Shown here piece after piece: positions 11,556 to 25,162 of a DNA stretch of 64,000 nucleotides (within the stretch, counting starts at the first letter, position 1; each line of letters begins with the position of its first letter). The position numbers and the translations under genes were made by a program. Below the pieces are notes generated by a model that made no database searches, had not been told where the DNA came from, and saw nothing but the letters and a program-made list of their open reading frames with translations. This DNA is from Mobula hypostoma (Eukaryota), in NCBI RefSeq assembly GCF_963921235.1, contig NC_086108.1, positions 30,010,001 through 30,074,000 of the forward strand, read 5' to 3'.

Positions 11556-12999
11556 GATGTGCATAAGATCAGAAAGACTGTGGCATGACTTGATAACCCA
11601 TTTGTTAGGATACTGCATATGGTTCTGTTCATCATGCTACAGAAAGGACATAATTTCTCTGGAAGGGATGCAGAAAAGATTCACCAGAAAATTGCCTGGC
11701 ATAGAGCATTTTCATTAAGGGAAGCCCGAGGGGGACCTGTTACAGGTATACAAAATTGAGGAGCTTGGATAGCAAGCAGCATTTTTCCTTACTAAAGATG
11801 TTTGCAACCAGAGAGCATTGGATTAGCATAAGTAATAAAAGGTTTAAAGGGGTTCTAAGGAAGAATGTTTTCACCAGAGGGTTGTTGGAACGTTGAACTC
11901 ACTGCCTGAGAGGGTGGTAGAGAAGGTACAGTATACACACAGAATTTTAGTACCTAGATGAGACTTTAACCAAGGCATTGAAGGCTCCAAACCAAGTGGT
12001 TTTACTAGGAACAGTATGGTGGGCTGGTGAGCTGGAGGTTCTATTTCTGTTCTGTATGCCTCTAGTACTAAATTTGTGATATCCTTGCAGATTGAAAAGT
12101 GAACTAAACAGGTTTTCATTTTTAATGTTTTACTGTTTAGAGATACAGCACAATAACATGCCCTTCTACCCCTCTGAATCCACACTGTCCAATGACGTAC
12201 CTGTGACCAATTAGCCTACTAACCCATACATCCTGTAGGCACTCTGGCTTCTTTCCTCTTCCTTTCCAGTCCTGATGAAGGGTCTCAGCTCAAAACATCG
12301 TCTGCTTATTCATTTGCATAGATTCTGCCTTACCTTCTCAGTTCCTCTAGCATTTTATATGTGTTACTCTGGATTTTGAGCATCTGAGGAATCTCTTGTG
12401 TTTTCAGTAAAGGAACTTGTTTTTTTTCTCACATTCTCATCAATTCCTCTTTGATTCTGTTTGACCCTTAGCCAATTAATAAGAGCCAATCAATCTCCCA
12501 GAACATCACAAGGATATGGAAAAAAACAACAACAACAGTGGAAACTTATTGAGTCACAGGGAGAATATGCAAACTCCTTGTAGCACAGGAGGTCAGGGTA
12601 GATTCTGTAGTACTGAAGCTATGAGGCAGCAACAATAACTGTTGACCTAACACGCAGACCAATGCTGATGAGTAGCAATTACTGGCAAACACTTTCTTGG
12701 GCCTCAAAGCTTAATTTTAAAATTCATCACTTTGGACGCTAATTGGTGTTTAACTATTTTTTATTTTGTTTTTATTCTTTTACCTTTCATATTTGATTAG
12801 ATCCTCTAAAATCTTTATTTTGCTTTCTCCAAGTGACATAAATTTAACTTAGCAACTTTTATGTGTGTTGCTTGAAATTCCAGCATCTGCAGATTTCCTC
12901 GTGTTTGCATTTTTAAATTTAACTTAGAATGGTTGGTTTTCACTCTGCATGTCTCAATGAGGATTGGCTGTTCATGCAAGTTGCTGGACCCATGCAAAT

Positions 13000-14030
13000 G
13001 ACACTCTAGTTGATCAGAAAACCAATGTCAGAAAGTCTTTGCCCAAAAAGGTCTGGGTTATTACACAACACCCCATCTAAGATAACCTTTCCCCAAATAG
13101 GCTCAAGCACAAGCTGCTCTAAACACCATCTTCTAGGCATTCAAGAAATTCCCTCTCTTGCGATCTGACACCAATCTGATTTTCCCAATCCCCTTGCATA
13201 TTGAAGTCCCTCATTACAATTGTACCATTACCTTTATTACATGCCTTTTCCAGCTCCCTTTGCAATCTTAACCCCACATATTGACTACTATACCCACATA
13301 TTGACTACTATATGGAGGCCTATATATGATTCCTATAATGGTGTTTTCACCCTTGCAGATTCTTAAATTTAAAGGCATCCGTTAGTCTTGCGAGACCACG
13401 GATCTGCGCTTGGAAAGTCTTCACTCTCCAGGGCGCAGGCCTGGGCAAGGTTGTATGGAAGACCACCAGTTGTCCATGCTGCAAGTCTCCCCTCTCCATG
13501 ACACCAATGTTGTTCAAGGGAAGGGCATTAGGACCCATACAGCTTTGGCACCAGTGTCATTGCAGAGCAATGTGTGATTAAGTGCCTTGCTCAAGGACAC
13601 AACACCTTGCCTCGGCTGGGGCTCGAACTCACGACCTTCAGGTTGCTAGCCCAATGCCTTAACCATTTGGCCACGTGGATTCTTAACTCCACCCACAAAG
13701 ATTCAATATTCTCTGACCCTGTCACCTCTTTCTAAAGACGTAATTCCACCTCATACCAGCAGAACCAGAGCCTTCCCACCTGTCTTTTTGATACAAAGTA
13801 TATCCTTTGATGTTACGCTCTCAACTATGGCCGCCTTTCAGCCATGACTCCGTTATGCCCACAATGTCATATTGACCAACCTCTAACTGTGCCACAAGTT
13901 CATCTATCTTATTCTGAGTGATACACACATTTAAATACAGCACCTTTAATGCTGCATCCTTTGCCCTTTTGAATTTTGCCTCTGTAGTACAGTTTAACTC
14001 TTTATTCTGTCTGCATTTGTACCTTTTCAT
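13000..14030 (-). mobile_element. CR1 LINE apurinic endonuclease fragment
   Basis: 'LKVLYLNVCITQNKIDELVAQLEVGQYDIVGITESWL'; GDFN motif near 13200. Confidence 0.8.
13367..13677 (-). mobile_element. tRNA-derived SINE, second family (same as 56176-56488)
   Basis: 9-bp TSD GATTCTTAA (13358-13366 and 13678-13686); A box 'tggccaaatgg', B box 'gttcgagcc'; 3' end 'ctcgcaagactaacggatgcc'. Confidence 0.88.
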
Positions 14031-14579
14031 ATACGAATTGTAATTTATTTGTTGATTTTTTTCCTATATTTATCATGTATTGAATTGTACCGTTGCCGCT
14101 AAGTTAACACATTTCATGACATATGCTGGTGATATTAAACCTCATTCTGATTCTGAATGCAATGCAATGACATCATTAATGACTAGTAATTAAAGTTTGT
14201 ATTTCAAACTTTATCGATATAAAGTCCCCCTCAAGGGTCCAGTGATCACAATATCAATAAAGTTGGATATAAAAATTGAAAGTGTTTGATTTCAATTTGA
14301 AACTAGGATTCCAAGCTTGAATAAAGTAAATTAAGAAGATGAGTGAACTGGTTACAGTAGATTGAGAGTTGCATTAACAGGAATGAAATAATAAATACTT
14401 AACAGATGCATTATAAACAAGTGAAATAGTAGCAAGAGTAAACATAGTCTAGCTATGGCTGCCATGAGAAGATAACAAATGAGAAAAGACATAATATTAT
14501 CAGAAACAAAACAGGCTCACAAGAATTTCAGAATTCAACAAAACAGGACCAAGGCACTGAGAAGGAATATTAAATTAAA

Positions 14580-15090
14580 CAAATGAGAATCCTAAAAAAG
14601 AGATAAAAAATTTTTGTAACAATGAATAAAGGAAAAGATTATCTAGAAGTAACATTAAGTTCCATATGATCCAAAAATCTTTTCCACAAAACTAACGTTG
14701 GAAAATATAACCCAACTGTTTATAAAGGGAGGGAGAGAGAGAGAGAAAATGGAACAATAGTTTAATATTAATGGTAGAGAAAACTGTGGAATCTGTATTT
14801 TGAATTGGTTACAAGGGATGGGGAAATAAAAGGACTGGGCTGAGTCAACACTGATTTACAAAAGGAAAAACGTATTTGCTAGCCTGCTTTTGAGATTGTA
14901 ACTATCAGCATAGATAAGATGAATCAGTTGATGTTTATTCTGACTTTCAGAAGGCTCCACAAGAGATTATTAACCAATGTTAGAGTGGGAATAATTTAAT
15001 GGCATGGATTAATGGTTAATGAATGTACAGAAAACAAAATAGGAAGTTAAAGGGATGGTTTTCAGGTTGGGAGAATATTGATGAATAGGG
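14580..15090 (+). mobile_element. Very old CR1 RT fragment, probably continuing at ~17990-18900
   Basis: 'SQH*FTKGK', 'VDVYSDFQKA' remnants. Confidence 0.5.
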
Positions 15091-15093
15091 TGT

Positions 15094-17296
15094 CTATAAG
15101 ACCATAAGACATAGGAGCAGAATTAAGCTATTCAACCCATCAAGACTGCTCCACCATTCCATCATGGCTGCTCCCAGATCCCACTCAACGTCATACATCT
15201 GCTGTCTCACCATATCCTTTGAAGTTCTGACCAATGAGGAAACTTCCACCTTAAATATACCAATGGACGTGGCCTCTACCACATTCTGTGGCAGAGCATT
15301 CCACAGATTTACTATTCTCTGGCAAAAAAAAACTTCCTTAGCTCTGTTCTAAAGGGTTGCTCCCTCAATTTTGAGGCTGTGCCCTCCTGTTCCGGATACC
15401 CCCACCAGAGGAAACTTCCCCTCCACATCCATCCTATCTAGTCCTTTCAACATTCGGTAGATTTCAATGAGGTCCTCCTACATTCTTCTAAATTCCAGTG
15501 AGTACAGGCCCGAAGCAGCCAAATGCTCCTCATACATCAACCCCTTCATTTCCAGACTCATCCTTGTGAACCTCCTTTGGACTCTCCAATTACAACACAT
15601 CCTTTCTGAGATATAGGGTGCAAAACTCTTGACAGTACTCGAAGTGCAGCCTGACTAGTGTCTTATAAAGGCTCAGCATTATCTCTTTGCTGTTATATTT
15701 TATTCCCCTTGAAATAAATGCCAGCATTGCATTTACCTTCTTTCCCACACACTTAACCTGTAAATTAACCTTCTGGGAATCTTGCATGAGGACTCCTAGG
15801 TCCCTTTGTCTCTCCGATGTTTCGATAATATTGTTCCTTCCACCAAAATGCATTATCATACATTTCCCAACACTGTATTCCATCTGCCATCTTTTCCCCT
15901 TTCTTCCAATTTGTCTAAATCCTGATGCAATTGCATTGCTTCCTCAGCACTACCTACCCCTCCACCTATCTTTGTATCATCTGCAAACTTTGCCACAAAG
16001 TCATCAATTCCATTATTCAAATCATTGACAAACAATGTGAAAAGCAGCAGTCTCAATACTGACCCCTGAGAAACACCACCAGGCACCGGCAGCCAACCAG
16101 AAAATGCTCCTTTTATTCGGGCTCGCTGCTTCCTGCCTGTCAGCCATTCCGCTATCCATCCCAGTACCCTTCCTGCAACGCCAAAGAATCTTATCTTGCT
16201 AAGCAGCCTCATGTGTGGCACCCTATCAAACACCTTCTGAAACCCATCTAAATGACATCCACTGCCTCTTCTTGTTACTTTGTCCACCCTGCTTGTTACT
16301 TCCTTGGAGAACTCTAACAGGTTCGTCAGGCAGATTTCCCTTTACAGAAACCATGCTGACTCTGACTTATTTTGTCATTAGTCTACAAGTACCTCAAAAC
16401 CTCATTCTTAGTAATAGACTCCAACACTTTCCCAACCACTGAGGTTAGGCTAACTGGCTTACATTTTCCTTCCATTTGCCTTCCTCCCTTCTTAAAGAGT
16501 GGAGTGACATTTGCAATCTTCCAGTCCTCCATGACCATGCCAGAATCAAGTGATTCATGAAAGATCATGACCAATGCATCTTGTATCTCTTCAGCAACCT
16601 CTCTCAGGACTCTGGGAGGTAGTCAATCTGACCCAGGTGATTTATCCACGTTAAGACCTTTGAGTTTGCCTAGCACATTTTCCTTTGTATTAGCAATGGC
16701 ACTCACTCCTGTTCCCAGACATTCATGGACCTCTGACACACTGCTAGTGTCTTCCACGATGAAGATAGATGCAAAGTATTTATTCAGTTCATCTGCTATT
16801 TCATTGTCCCCTATTACTACCTCACCAGCATCATTTTCCATTGGTCTAATATCAACTCTCACTTCCCGTTTACTCTTTATATAACTGAAAAACTTCTGGT
16901 ATCCTGCTTTATATTATTGGCTAGTCTGCCCTCATATTATAGCTTTCTTAGCTGCTTTTTGTTGGATTTAAAAAACTTCCCTGTGATCAAACTTCTCATT
17001 CACTTTTGCTACCTTATATGCACTTTCCTTGGCTTTTATGCAGTCCTTAATTTCCTTTGTCAGCCACAGTTGCCTACCCCTGCCATTTGATAACTTCTTC
17101 TTTTGGACATATCTATCCTGCACCTTGTAAGCTATTCCCAGAAACTTCAGCCATCTCTGCTCTGCTGTCATCCCCACCATTATCCACCACCAATCCACCT
17201 GGGCAAGCTCTTCTCTCATGCTCCTGTAATTCCCTTTATTCCACTGTGATACTGATTATAACGAGTTATGCTTCTTCCTCTCAAATTGTAGTATGT
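15094..17296 (-). mobile_element. CR1 LINE ORF2 (linker, RT, 3' end), frameshifted
   Basis: 'KSPGSD', 'WKIANVTPLFKKG', 'GVSQGSVL', 'KFADDTK', 'LVRLHFEYC'; (TCTTATG)-type tail at ~15094-15112. Confidence 0.9.
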
Positions 17297-17317
17297 CATG
17301 GTGTTAGATGTAGGATC

Positions 17318-17935
17318 CCCATTACCTGAACAGATACTGGTGACTTTTTACCACTGCACCATAGAGAGCATCTTAACATATTGCATCTCTGTGTGGTATC
17401 TCAGTTGTACAGCAGCTGATAGGACAGCACTTCAACAAGTCATCTCTAGCGCACAAAAGATCATTGGGACATGGCTCCCAGCCCTGGAGGACACCTACAG
17501 CTCTCGCTGTCTAAGGGAAGCTACAAGCATCTGTAAGGACAATACACACCCATGCAATCATCTGTTTGAACTTCTTCCATCTGGCAGACGTTATAAGAGT
17601 TTCTATTCCCGCAATTCTAGACAGAAGAATAGCTTTTTCCCCAGAGCTATAATTGCTCTGAACCAATCAGTCAAGCATCATCCATAAATTTGTTATATTG
17701 CTAGTTTTAATACTGGTTTTATGGCTGTCATGCATCTGAGTTGTGCTTTTGTGCTGCTGGACATTGCTTGTACTGGCTGGTTACTTGATTTTATTTATTG
17801 TTTATTTATTTTATGTGTTGTTTTATAGCATTGAGTATGAGAGTTGCAAACTCATTTTCACTGTATTGGTGCGTGACACCAATGACTATAAAGATGCAAT
17901 GACAATAAAGATATTTCATTTCATTTCATATTAAA
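17318..17935 (+). mobile_element. Rex1/Babar-like LINE 3' fragment
   Basis: 'FYHCTIESILTYCISVWY...LLPSGRRY...NSFFPRAI'; (CATTT)n tail. Confidence 0.82.
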
Positions 17936-17989
17936 CTAAAATCTGTATCACTGTTTTAGATTAGGTGTAATTTGTGCAAGTTACTAATG

Positions 17990-18900
17990 AAAAACCTCCA
18001 GATGTCAATGAAGACTGTGAGGAGAATGCAGAGAAGCCAAGTATGTTATGTAAGGAATGAGGCATCCTCTTTGCTGGGGAAAAAATAAAAAAGGTGGGGT
18101 ACATTTCAAACAAGGATAGCATAAAAGTTATGGGTCTTCAGAGTGACCTGGGTATCCTTGTATGTTCAGCTATATCATGCAGTTAGAATGGCTTTTCAAT
18201 GTCTTTGTCTTTATTGCACAAAAATCTATGTGCAGGAGCAGAGCTGGTCTTCTCCACTTATTGAGAGACCTGGTGAGACTGCAACAGGATTGTTGTGTAC
18301 AAGACTGTTCCACAAACAGAAAGGAAAATATAGTTGGCATGGGGAACAGCAAAATTGAACTGGATTTAATGGAAATTTGAAAATTTGGTGAAAGGCTATG
18401 ATTTTGTAAATGGCTTGGTTAGGCAGATGATTGCTTAACTGGATGGTAGGTTTTCTATCAGGAGATAGTTAGTAGACAAGGTCTTTGGTTTATTGGAAAG
18501 AACAGATCTTATTGAAAAGTACAAAATTATTACAGACCTTGACAGGTTAATGCAAAGTTGATGTTTCAACCCAGCTGTGTCTTCCAGAACCAAGGGATCA
18601 GAATCTCAGAATAATTGGTCTGCCACTCAGAATGGAAATGTGGAGAAATTTCTTCACTCAGAGGGCAACGAATCTCTGCTGTTCTCTTCCCAGCAGCCTC
18701 TAGAGCAAGGATTCCCAACCTTTTTATGCCACTAACTGAGGGGTCAATGGATCCTAAGTGGAGAAACACTGCTATAGAGGATCAGTTACTGAGTATACCG
18801 AAGATAAAATTTAGTAGATTTTTGAATGTTAAGGGACTCAAAGGACATGGGGTTAGTGCAGAAAAATGGTGTTGACATGCAGTAAGTTATGTTATTATTG
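17990..18900 (+). mobile_element. Very old CR1 3' fragment
   Basis: 'DLIEKYKIITDLDRLM', 'NFFTQR' remnants. Confidence 0.55.
18706..18771. mobile_element. 66-bp hAT/Charlie-type MITE remnant
   Basis: Ends 'caaggattcccaacc' and 'ggagaaacactg'; near-perfect 8-bp TSD CTCTAGAG / CTATAGAG. Confidence 0.6.
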
Positions 18901-20074
18901 AGTGGTGTAGCATTCCTGAGGGGCAGGATAGTCAACACCTGCAATTTGTTATATCCTTACCACAATGCTGTACATTCCTATTTACACCTTGTTCAAATGT
19001 TCTTACACAACCTTGTACAGAATAAGGCTGCTATTTTAAATTTATGCCAGCACATACAAGTTGACTGATAGACTTAAGTTAATTTCTTTTATCCGTAAGA
19101 GTGCTGCAGGAATCAGAAAATCCCCATCAGCTGTGGTGCTGTTTGATGCCAAGCCAACGATAGGAATTTACCATTGAAATCAGCAAAATAGGCTGTCTTG
19201 TTCCAGGGTAGTTCTCGTCAGCTTTGTCAGCACTTCTGCTGGGACGTGTCTGACACACAATGTTTAAATGGGAACCAGGGTGATGTTTATGTAACTTCTG
19301 GCTGCTGCTGGCAACCCAGATACAAACAATGACAACATCAGTGAGCTGTCACAAGCAGAGGAGCTGACTTGACTTTAAATTTTCCAAACGATATATTTTC
19401 ACTAAACAAGTATTAACTCTTGTATAAGTCTCAAACACCATCATAATATGCTTCTCGGGTTTATCAAGGAATTGCCAGGTATTTCCCAGCTTAGTTATCC
19501 TGCTTACTTGATCGATATGCTTGACAACTTTCACTTCTGCACATTATGCGGTCTGAGAAAGACATCATCTGCAGCTGACAGTGATATTTCTAAATTAGTA
19601 TTTATAGGAAAAGATGAATTTCCTAAAATGAGTTCTGGGGCAGTACTGCAAGCCAAAGCCACTAGTACAATAGAAACCATAGAAACCATAGAACATTACA
19701 GCACAGAAACAGGCCTTTTGTCCCTTCTTGGCTGTGCCGAACCATTTTTCTGCCTAGTCCCACTGACCTGCACCTGGACCATATTCCTCCATAAACATAT
19801 TTCATTAACTTATTACTGGTAATATTTTGTTCTGTGTGCTGTACGTGATATATATTTGTTTTATGGTCCAGAGGAACATCGTTTCATTTGGTTGTATATA
19901 TGTACAGTCAGATGACAATAAACTTGAACTGAAATGGTTTTGTACCTGAAGGCTGCAGATGCCAAAGTCCACAGATGCTTAACTTCCCCTCCAATTGTAC
20001 TGGTATTGTACAGTACTAGTTAGTATTATACTATACAATACTAGTACAATTGGATGATACTAGTACTATACAAT

Positions 20075-21230
20075 AGCATGCTAGCTACCACTCAATAGCC
20101 AGTAACCGGTCCCATATATTCATCAATGTTGACGTGATGTTTGCAGGTAGCCACCTCCCTGATCATGGTCCAGTCTGTGCTTTTGGAATAGTCTTGCAGT
20201 GCTGAGGTGGCACCTTCTGGCCAGGTCCTGATCTCCCTGTAGACTGGTTTGACCTATTTAACCAGCGGTCTCTGTGCAGAGATTAGCAAAATGGATATGT
20301 GGTCTGAGTATCCGAGGTGAGTATGGTGGTGGGGGGCAGCATTGTAGGCTCCACAATCATTGGGATAAATCAGGCCTAACCCATTCTCTGATTGCAAAGT
20401 GGACACGCTGGTAGAACTTTCGTAAGACTGTTTTGAAATTAGCGTGATTGAAGTCACCAGAAGAAACGAAGAAACCATCATGGTGAGCGGCTTTGAGGTC
20501 ATTGATAGATCCTAGCGATCCTGCACTGTTTCCCCAACACTAGCACTGGGAGGGCTGTAAATTGCAAACATCACAATGGCAGTGAACTCCCTTGGTAAGT
20601 AGATGGGTCTGCACTTCACCATTAAAAACTATTTGCAGTATCCAGTGGGCTGTTACTACCTAGACATTCACACTCCAGTGCTTATTGATGTACACGTACA
20701 GATTTCCTCTGCGGGTCCTACCAGAGGCCGCTGCATTTCTGTCCACCCAAAAGGAGATTAAGCCTTCTGGCTGCATGGCTGAGTTAGGGCAGTGCCCTGG
20801 AACCACATTTCTGTCAGGACAAGTATGCAGCAGTTCATCATCTCCAGCTGGTTCAAACATAGGTGCATGTAATCCATCTTATTTTCCAGTGATTGGACAT
20901 TAGTGAGTAGAATTGTTGGGCGCATGGACCTGCAGGCATCTGCCTTAATTCTCACTCAAATACCAGGGTGCTTAATGTGCTTTTGATGTACACTTCCCCA
21001 ACTAGCTATAGTAGGCTGCGGCACAGAGCAAGGGCGCATTAGGCCGTAACTGCACAGCACCTGCACTATTTCACTCGCTAGCAATGTATACTTGCGGAAT
21101 TCAGTGCTCTTTATGATCAACGATGTATTTCTATCATAGAAAAGACAAACAGGACAAGAAATTTTACCATTGATTGGAGTCAGAGGGGCCACTGCGACCG
21201 TGCGTTCCTCCATCTTCTGACAGTATCCTT
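20075..21230 (-). mobile_element. Rex1/Babar-like LINE 5' part (endonuclease), decayed
   Basis: 'PTILLTNVQSLENKMD', 'CILVLTEMW', 'CRPIYLPREF', 'HLGYSDHISILLI'. Confidence 0.75.
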
Positions 21231-21469
21231 TGATCACTGAGGACAGTTTCTTTGTCCTCAGTTTCAGCAATATCAGAACCAGGAAAGAATAAAATTTAAA
21301 ACTTGGGAACACATAAGCTTAGGAGGGATAATGGTTCCTAATGCAACTCCTTTGCTTGCTTCTTCAGAAACAGCTCAATTTCCACCTTTAATTGTACAGA
21401 AGGGATGGGTTGAACCTTAACAGACGGGGGACCAGCATTCTGCAGGCAGGTTTGCCACTGCAACATGGG

Positions 21470-24204
21470 TGTGTTTAAACTAAGTAGCAGGGGGGAGGGG
21501 ACGAACTGGAAATATAAGAATGGAGTTAAAGGGAAAGAGAGAATAAGAAAAGTTAAGAAAGACAACAGAATTAACGGGGCAGAAAGCTCAGGAAGGGATT
21601 GGAGAGTATGGCCAAGTGCAATAGGAATCGATGTGAAAGGTGAGGGGAGTAAAAGTATTACTTTAAAAGGATTAAAAGTATTATATATGAATGCACGGAG
21701 TGTAAGAAATAAAGTGGATGAGCTTGAGGCTCAGTTGGACATTGGCAAGTATGATGTTGTGGGAATAACAGAGACATGGCTGCAAGAGGACCAGGGCTGG
21801 GAAATGAATATTTAAGAATATACATCCTATCGAAAGGACAGACAGGTTGGCAGAGGGGGTGGGGTGGCTCTGTTGGTGAGGAATGAAATTCAGTCACTTG
21901 CGAGGGGGAACATAGAATCAGGAGATGTAGAGTCAGTATGGATAGAACTGAGAAACTGTAAGGGCAAAAAGACCCTGATGGCAGTTATCTACAGGCCCCC
22001 AAAGAGTAGCCTGGATATAGGGTGCAAGTTAAATCAAGAGTTAAAATTGGCATGTCACAAAGGTAATACTACGGTTGTTATGGGGGATTTCAACATGCAG
22101 GTAGACTGGGAAAATCAGGTTGGTACTGGACTCCAAGAAAGGGAATTTGTGGAATGCCTCAGAGATGGATTCTTAGAGCATCTTGTATTAGAGCCTACCA
22201 GGGAGAAGGCAATTCCGGATTTAGTGTTGTGTAATGAGCCAGATTTGATCAGGGAACTCGAGGTAAAGGAGCCATTAGAAGGTAGTGACCATAATATGAT
22301 AAGCTTTAATCTACAATTTGAGAGGGAGAAGGGAAGATCGGAAGTGTCAGTATTACAGTTGAATAAAGGGGACTACGGACCCATGAGGGAGGAGCTGGCC
22401 AAAGTTGACTGGAAGGATACCCTAGCAGGGATGACAGTGGAACAACAATGGCAGGTATTTCTGGGAATAATACAGAAGGTGCAGGATCAGTTCATTCCAA
22501 AGAGGAAGAAAGATTCTAAGGGGAGTAAGGGGCAACTGTGGATGACAAGGGAAGCCAAGGACAGTATAAAAATAAAAGAGAGGAAGTATAACATAGCAAG
22601 GATGAGTGGAAAGCCAGAGGATTGGGAGAATTTTAAGGAGCAACAGAAGATAACTAAAAAGGCAATACGGGGGGAAAAGATAAGGTACAAAGGTAAGCTA
22701 GCCAAGAATATGAAGGAGGATAGTAAAAGCTTCTTTAGGTTTGTGAAGAGGAAAAAAATTAGTTAAGACCAAAGTTGGGCCCTTGAAGACAGAAACGGGT
22801 GAAATTATTATGGGGAACAAGGAAATGGCAGACAAGCTGAACAGGTACTTCACTAGGGAAGACACAAACAATCTCCCAGATGTAATAGTGGCCAGAGGAC
22901 CTAGGGTAACAGAGGAACTGAAGGAAATTTGCATCAGGCAGAAAATGGTGTTGGGTAAACTGATGGGACTGGAGGCTGATAAATCCCCAGGGCCTGATGG
23001 TCTGCATCCCAGGGTACTTAAGAAGGTGGCTCTAGAAATCGTGAACACATTGGGAATCATTTTCCAATGTTCTATAGATTCAGGATCAGTTCCTGCGAAT
23101 TGGAGGGTAGCTAATGTTATCCCACTTTTTAAGAAAGGAGGGAGAGAGAAAACAGGCAATTATAGACCAGTTAGTCTGACATCAGTGGTGGGGAAGATGC
23201 TGGAATCAATTATAAAAGATGAAATAGCGGCATATTTGGATAGCAGTGGCAGGATAGATCCGAGTCAGCATGGATTTACGAAGGGGAAATCATGCTTGAC
23301 TAATCATCTGGAATTTTTTGAGAATGTAACTATAGAAATGGACATGGGAAAGCCAGTGGATGTAGTGTACCTGGACTTTCAGAAAGCTTTTGATAAGGTC
23401 CCACATAGGAGGTTAGTGTGCAAAATTAGAGCAAATGGTATTGGGGTAGGGTACTGACATGGATAGAAAATTGGTTGGCAGACAGGAAACAAAGAGTAGG
23501 GATTAATGGGTCCTTTTCAGAATGGCAGGCAGTGACTAGTGGGGTACCGCAAGGCTCGGTGCTGGGACCGCAGCTATTTACAATATACATTAATGATTTA
23601 AATGAAGGGATTAAAAGTAACATTAGCAAATTTGCAGATGACACAAAGCTGGGTGGCAGTGTGAAATGTGAGGAGGATGTTATGAGAATGCTGGGTGACT
23701 TGGACAGGTTGGGTGAGTGGGCAGATGCAGTTTAATGTGGATAAATGTGAGGTTATCCACTTTGGTGGCAAGAACAGGAAGGCAGATTACTATCTGAATG
23801 GTGTCAAGTTAGGAAAAGGGGAAGTACAATGAGATCTAGGTGTCCTTGTTCATCAGTCACTGAAAGTAAGCATGCGGGTACAGCAGGCAGTGAAGAAAGC
23901 TAATGGCATGTTGGCCTTCATAACAAGGGGAGTTGAATATAGGAGCAAAGAGGTCCTTCTGCGGTTGTACAGGGCCATGGTGAGACCACACCTGGAGTAT
24001 TGTGTACAGTTTCGTTCTCCAAATTTGAGGAAGGACATTCTAGCTATTGAGGGAGTGCAGCGTAGGTTCACGAAGTTAATTCCCAGGATGGCGGGACTGT
24101 CATATGTTGAAAGGTTGGAGCGGCTGGGTTTGTATACACTGGAATTTAGAAGGATGAGAGGGGATCTGCTTGAAACATATAAGATTATTAAGGGATTGGA
24201 CAGG
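21470..24204 (+). mobile_element. CR1 LINE ORF2, nearly complete (endonuclease + RT); 5' part, upstream of the LTR insertion
   Basis: 'YMNARS', 'GITETWL', 'GDFN', 'SDHN', 'KSPGPDG', 'YRPVSLTS', 'YLDFQKAFD', 'GVPQGSVLGP', 'FADDTK'; a few stops and frameshifts. Confidence 0.95.
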
Positions 24205-25063
24205 TGTGACGAGAATACACATAAAATTAAGATGTTTGCTGGCCTGGGTTAGCATCAGTGACATCAGCAAGTGGTCTGCCACCTGCCCTCAGGGGAAGGA
24301 GAGATAAGGAACAATGGAGTAGCGTCTGGAGATGTGTAATGAAGGGACGTGGGAGAGAGAGAGCTGTCTGGAGCGGCTCCCCCCCTTTGAACCCTGAACT
24401 GTTTGAAGTGATGGACAGGCGATACCCCAGCAGGGGGATAAAAAGGGACAGGTTCGCTAAGACAGACACACACGCCACCCGAGGTAACGAGACCCTGGAA
24501 GCGGTGCGCCTCTCACGAGTGGGTGAGAAGTATCAGACAACGACCAGGGTGGAAAGGTACGATCAGCGGGAACCCGGTGTGTGTCCGCCCTTGCCTGGGT
24601 GCCGGGTTCACTGCAGAGGATCGACCGCATCTGGAGGAGGGGGTCACAGTCGGTGACCTCAGGTGACATCACCAAGGACCCGCCCAAAAGCTGCTTGTGA
24701 GCCATCTCGCCGGTCTGTGAGTGAAGCAGTGTTCTGAATGATCAGTTGTTCCTGTTCTATCTCTCTCTTCCCCCACGTTGTCCATCGCCATGGCAACGAT
24801 TACTGCGAACTGAACTGGACTGAACTTTGAGTCATTTTGAAATTTGGTCATTTACCCCTAGACAACGATAGAGCTTGATTGATGCTGTTATCTTAATTCT
24901 GTGCACATGTGTGTTTATCATCGCTGAACTGTTGCATTTATTATCCTTTCAATTACTGTGTTGCTTGTTTCTTTAATAAAACTTCCTTAGTTCTAGTACT
25001 CCAGACTCCAACCGAGTGATCCATTTCTGCTGGTTTGGCAACCCAGTTACGGGGTACGTAACA
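24205..25063 (+). repeat. 5' LTR (859 bp)
   Basis: TGTGACGAG...CGTAACA; TATA-like GATAAAAA at 24437; AATAAA at 24975. Confidence 0.96.
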
Positions 25064-25067
25064 TAAG

Positions 25068-25086
25068 TGGGGTTCTCGTCCGCGAT
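25068..25086 (+). promoter_or_regulatory. Primer-binding site resembling tRNA-Pro (imperfect)
   Basis: TGGGGTTCTCGTCCGCGAT compared with the canonical Pro PBS TGGGGGCTCGTCCGGGAT; 4 nt after the LTR end. Confidence 0.75.
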
Positions 25087-25162
25087 TTTGAACGCTAAAT
25101 TTGGGACGGAGTAAATTGATTGGGTCAAAATTCCTGAAAGAAAGAAAAGACAAACAGCAGAA

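Noticed and set aside
13272..13312. 20-bp tandem duplication 'cccacatattgactactata'
   Set aside because: Ordinary local duplication within a dead CR1
24258..24656. 132- and 136-aa ORFs inside both LTRs (also 28174-28584)
   Set aside because: GTG starts, no recognisable domain, and different C-termini due to a 1-bp indel; the duplication only reflects the LTRs
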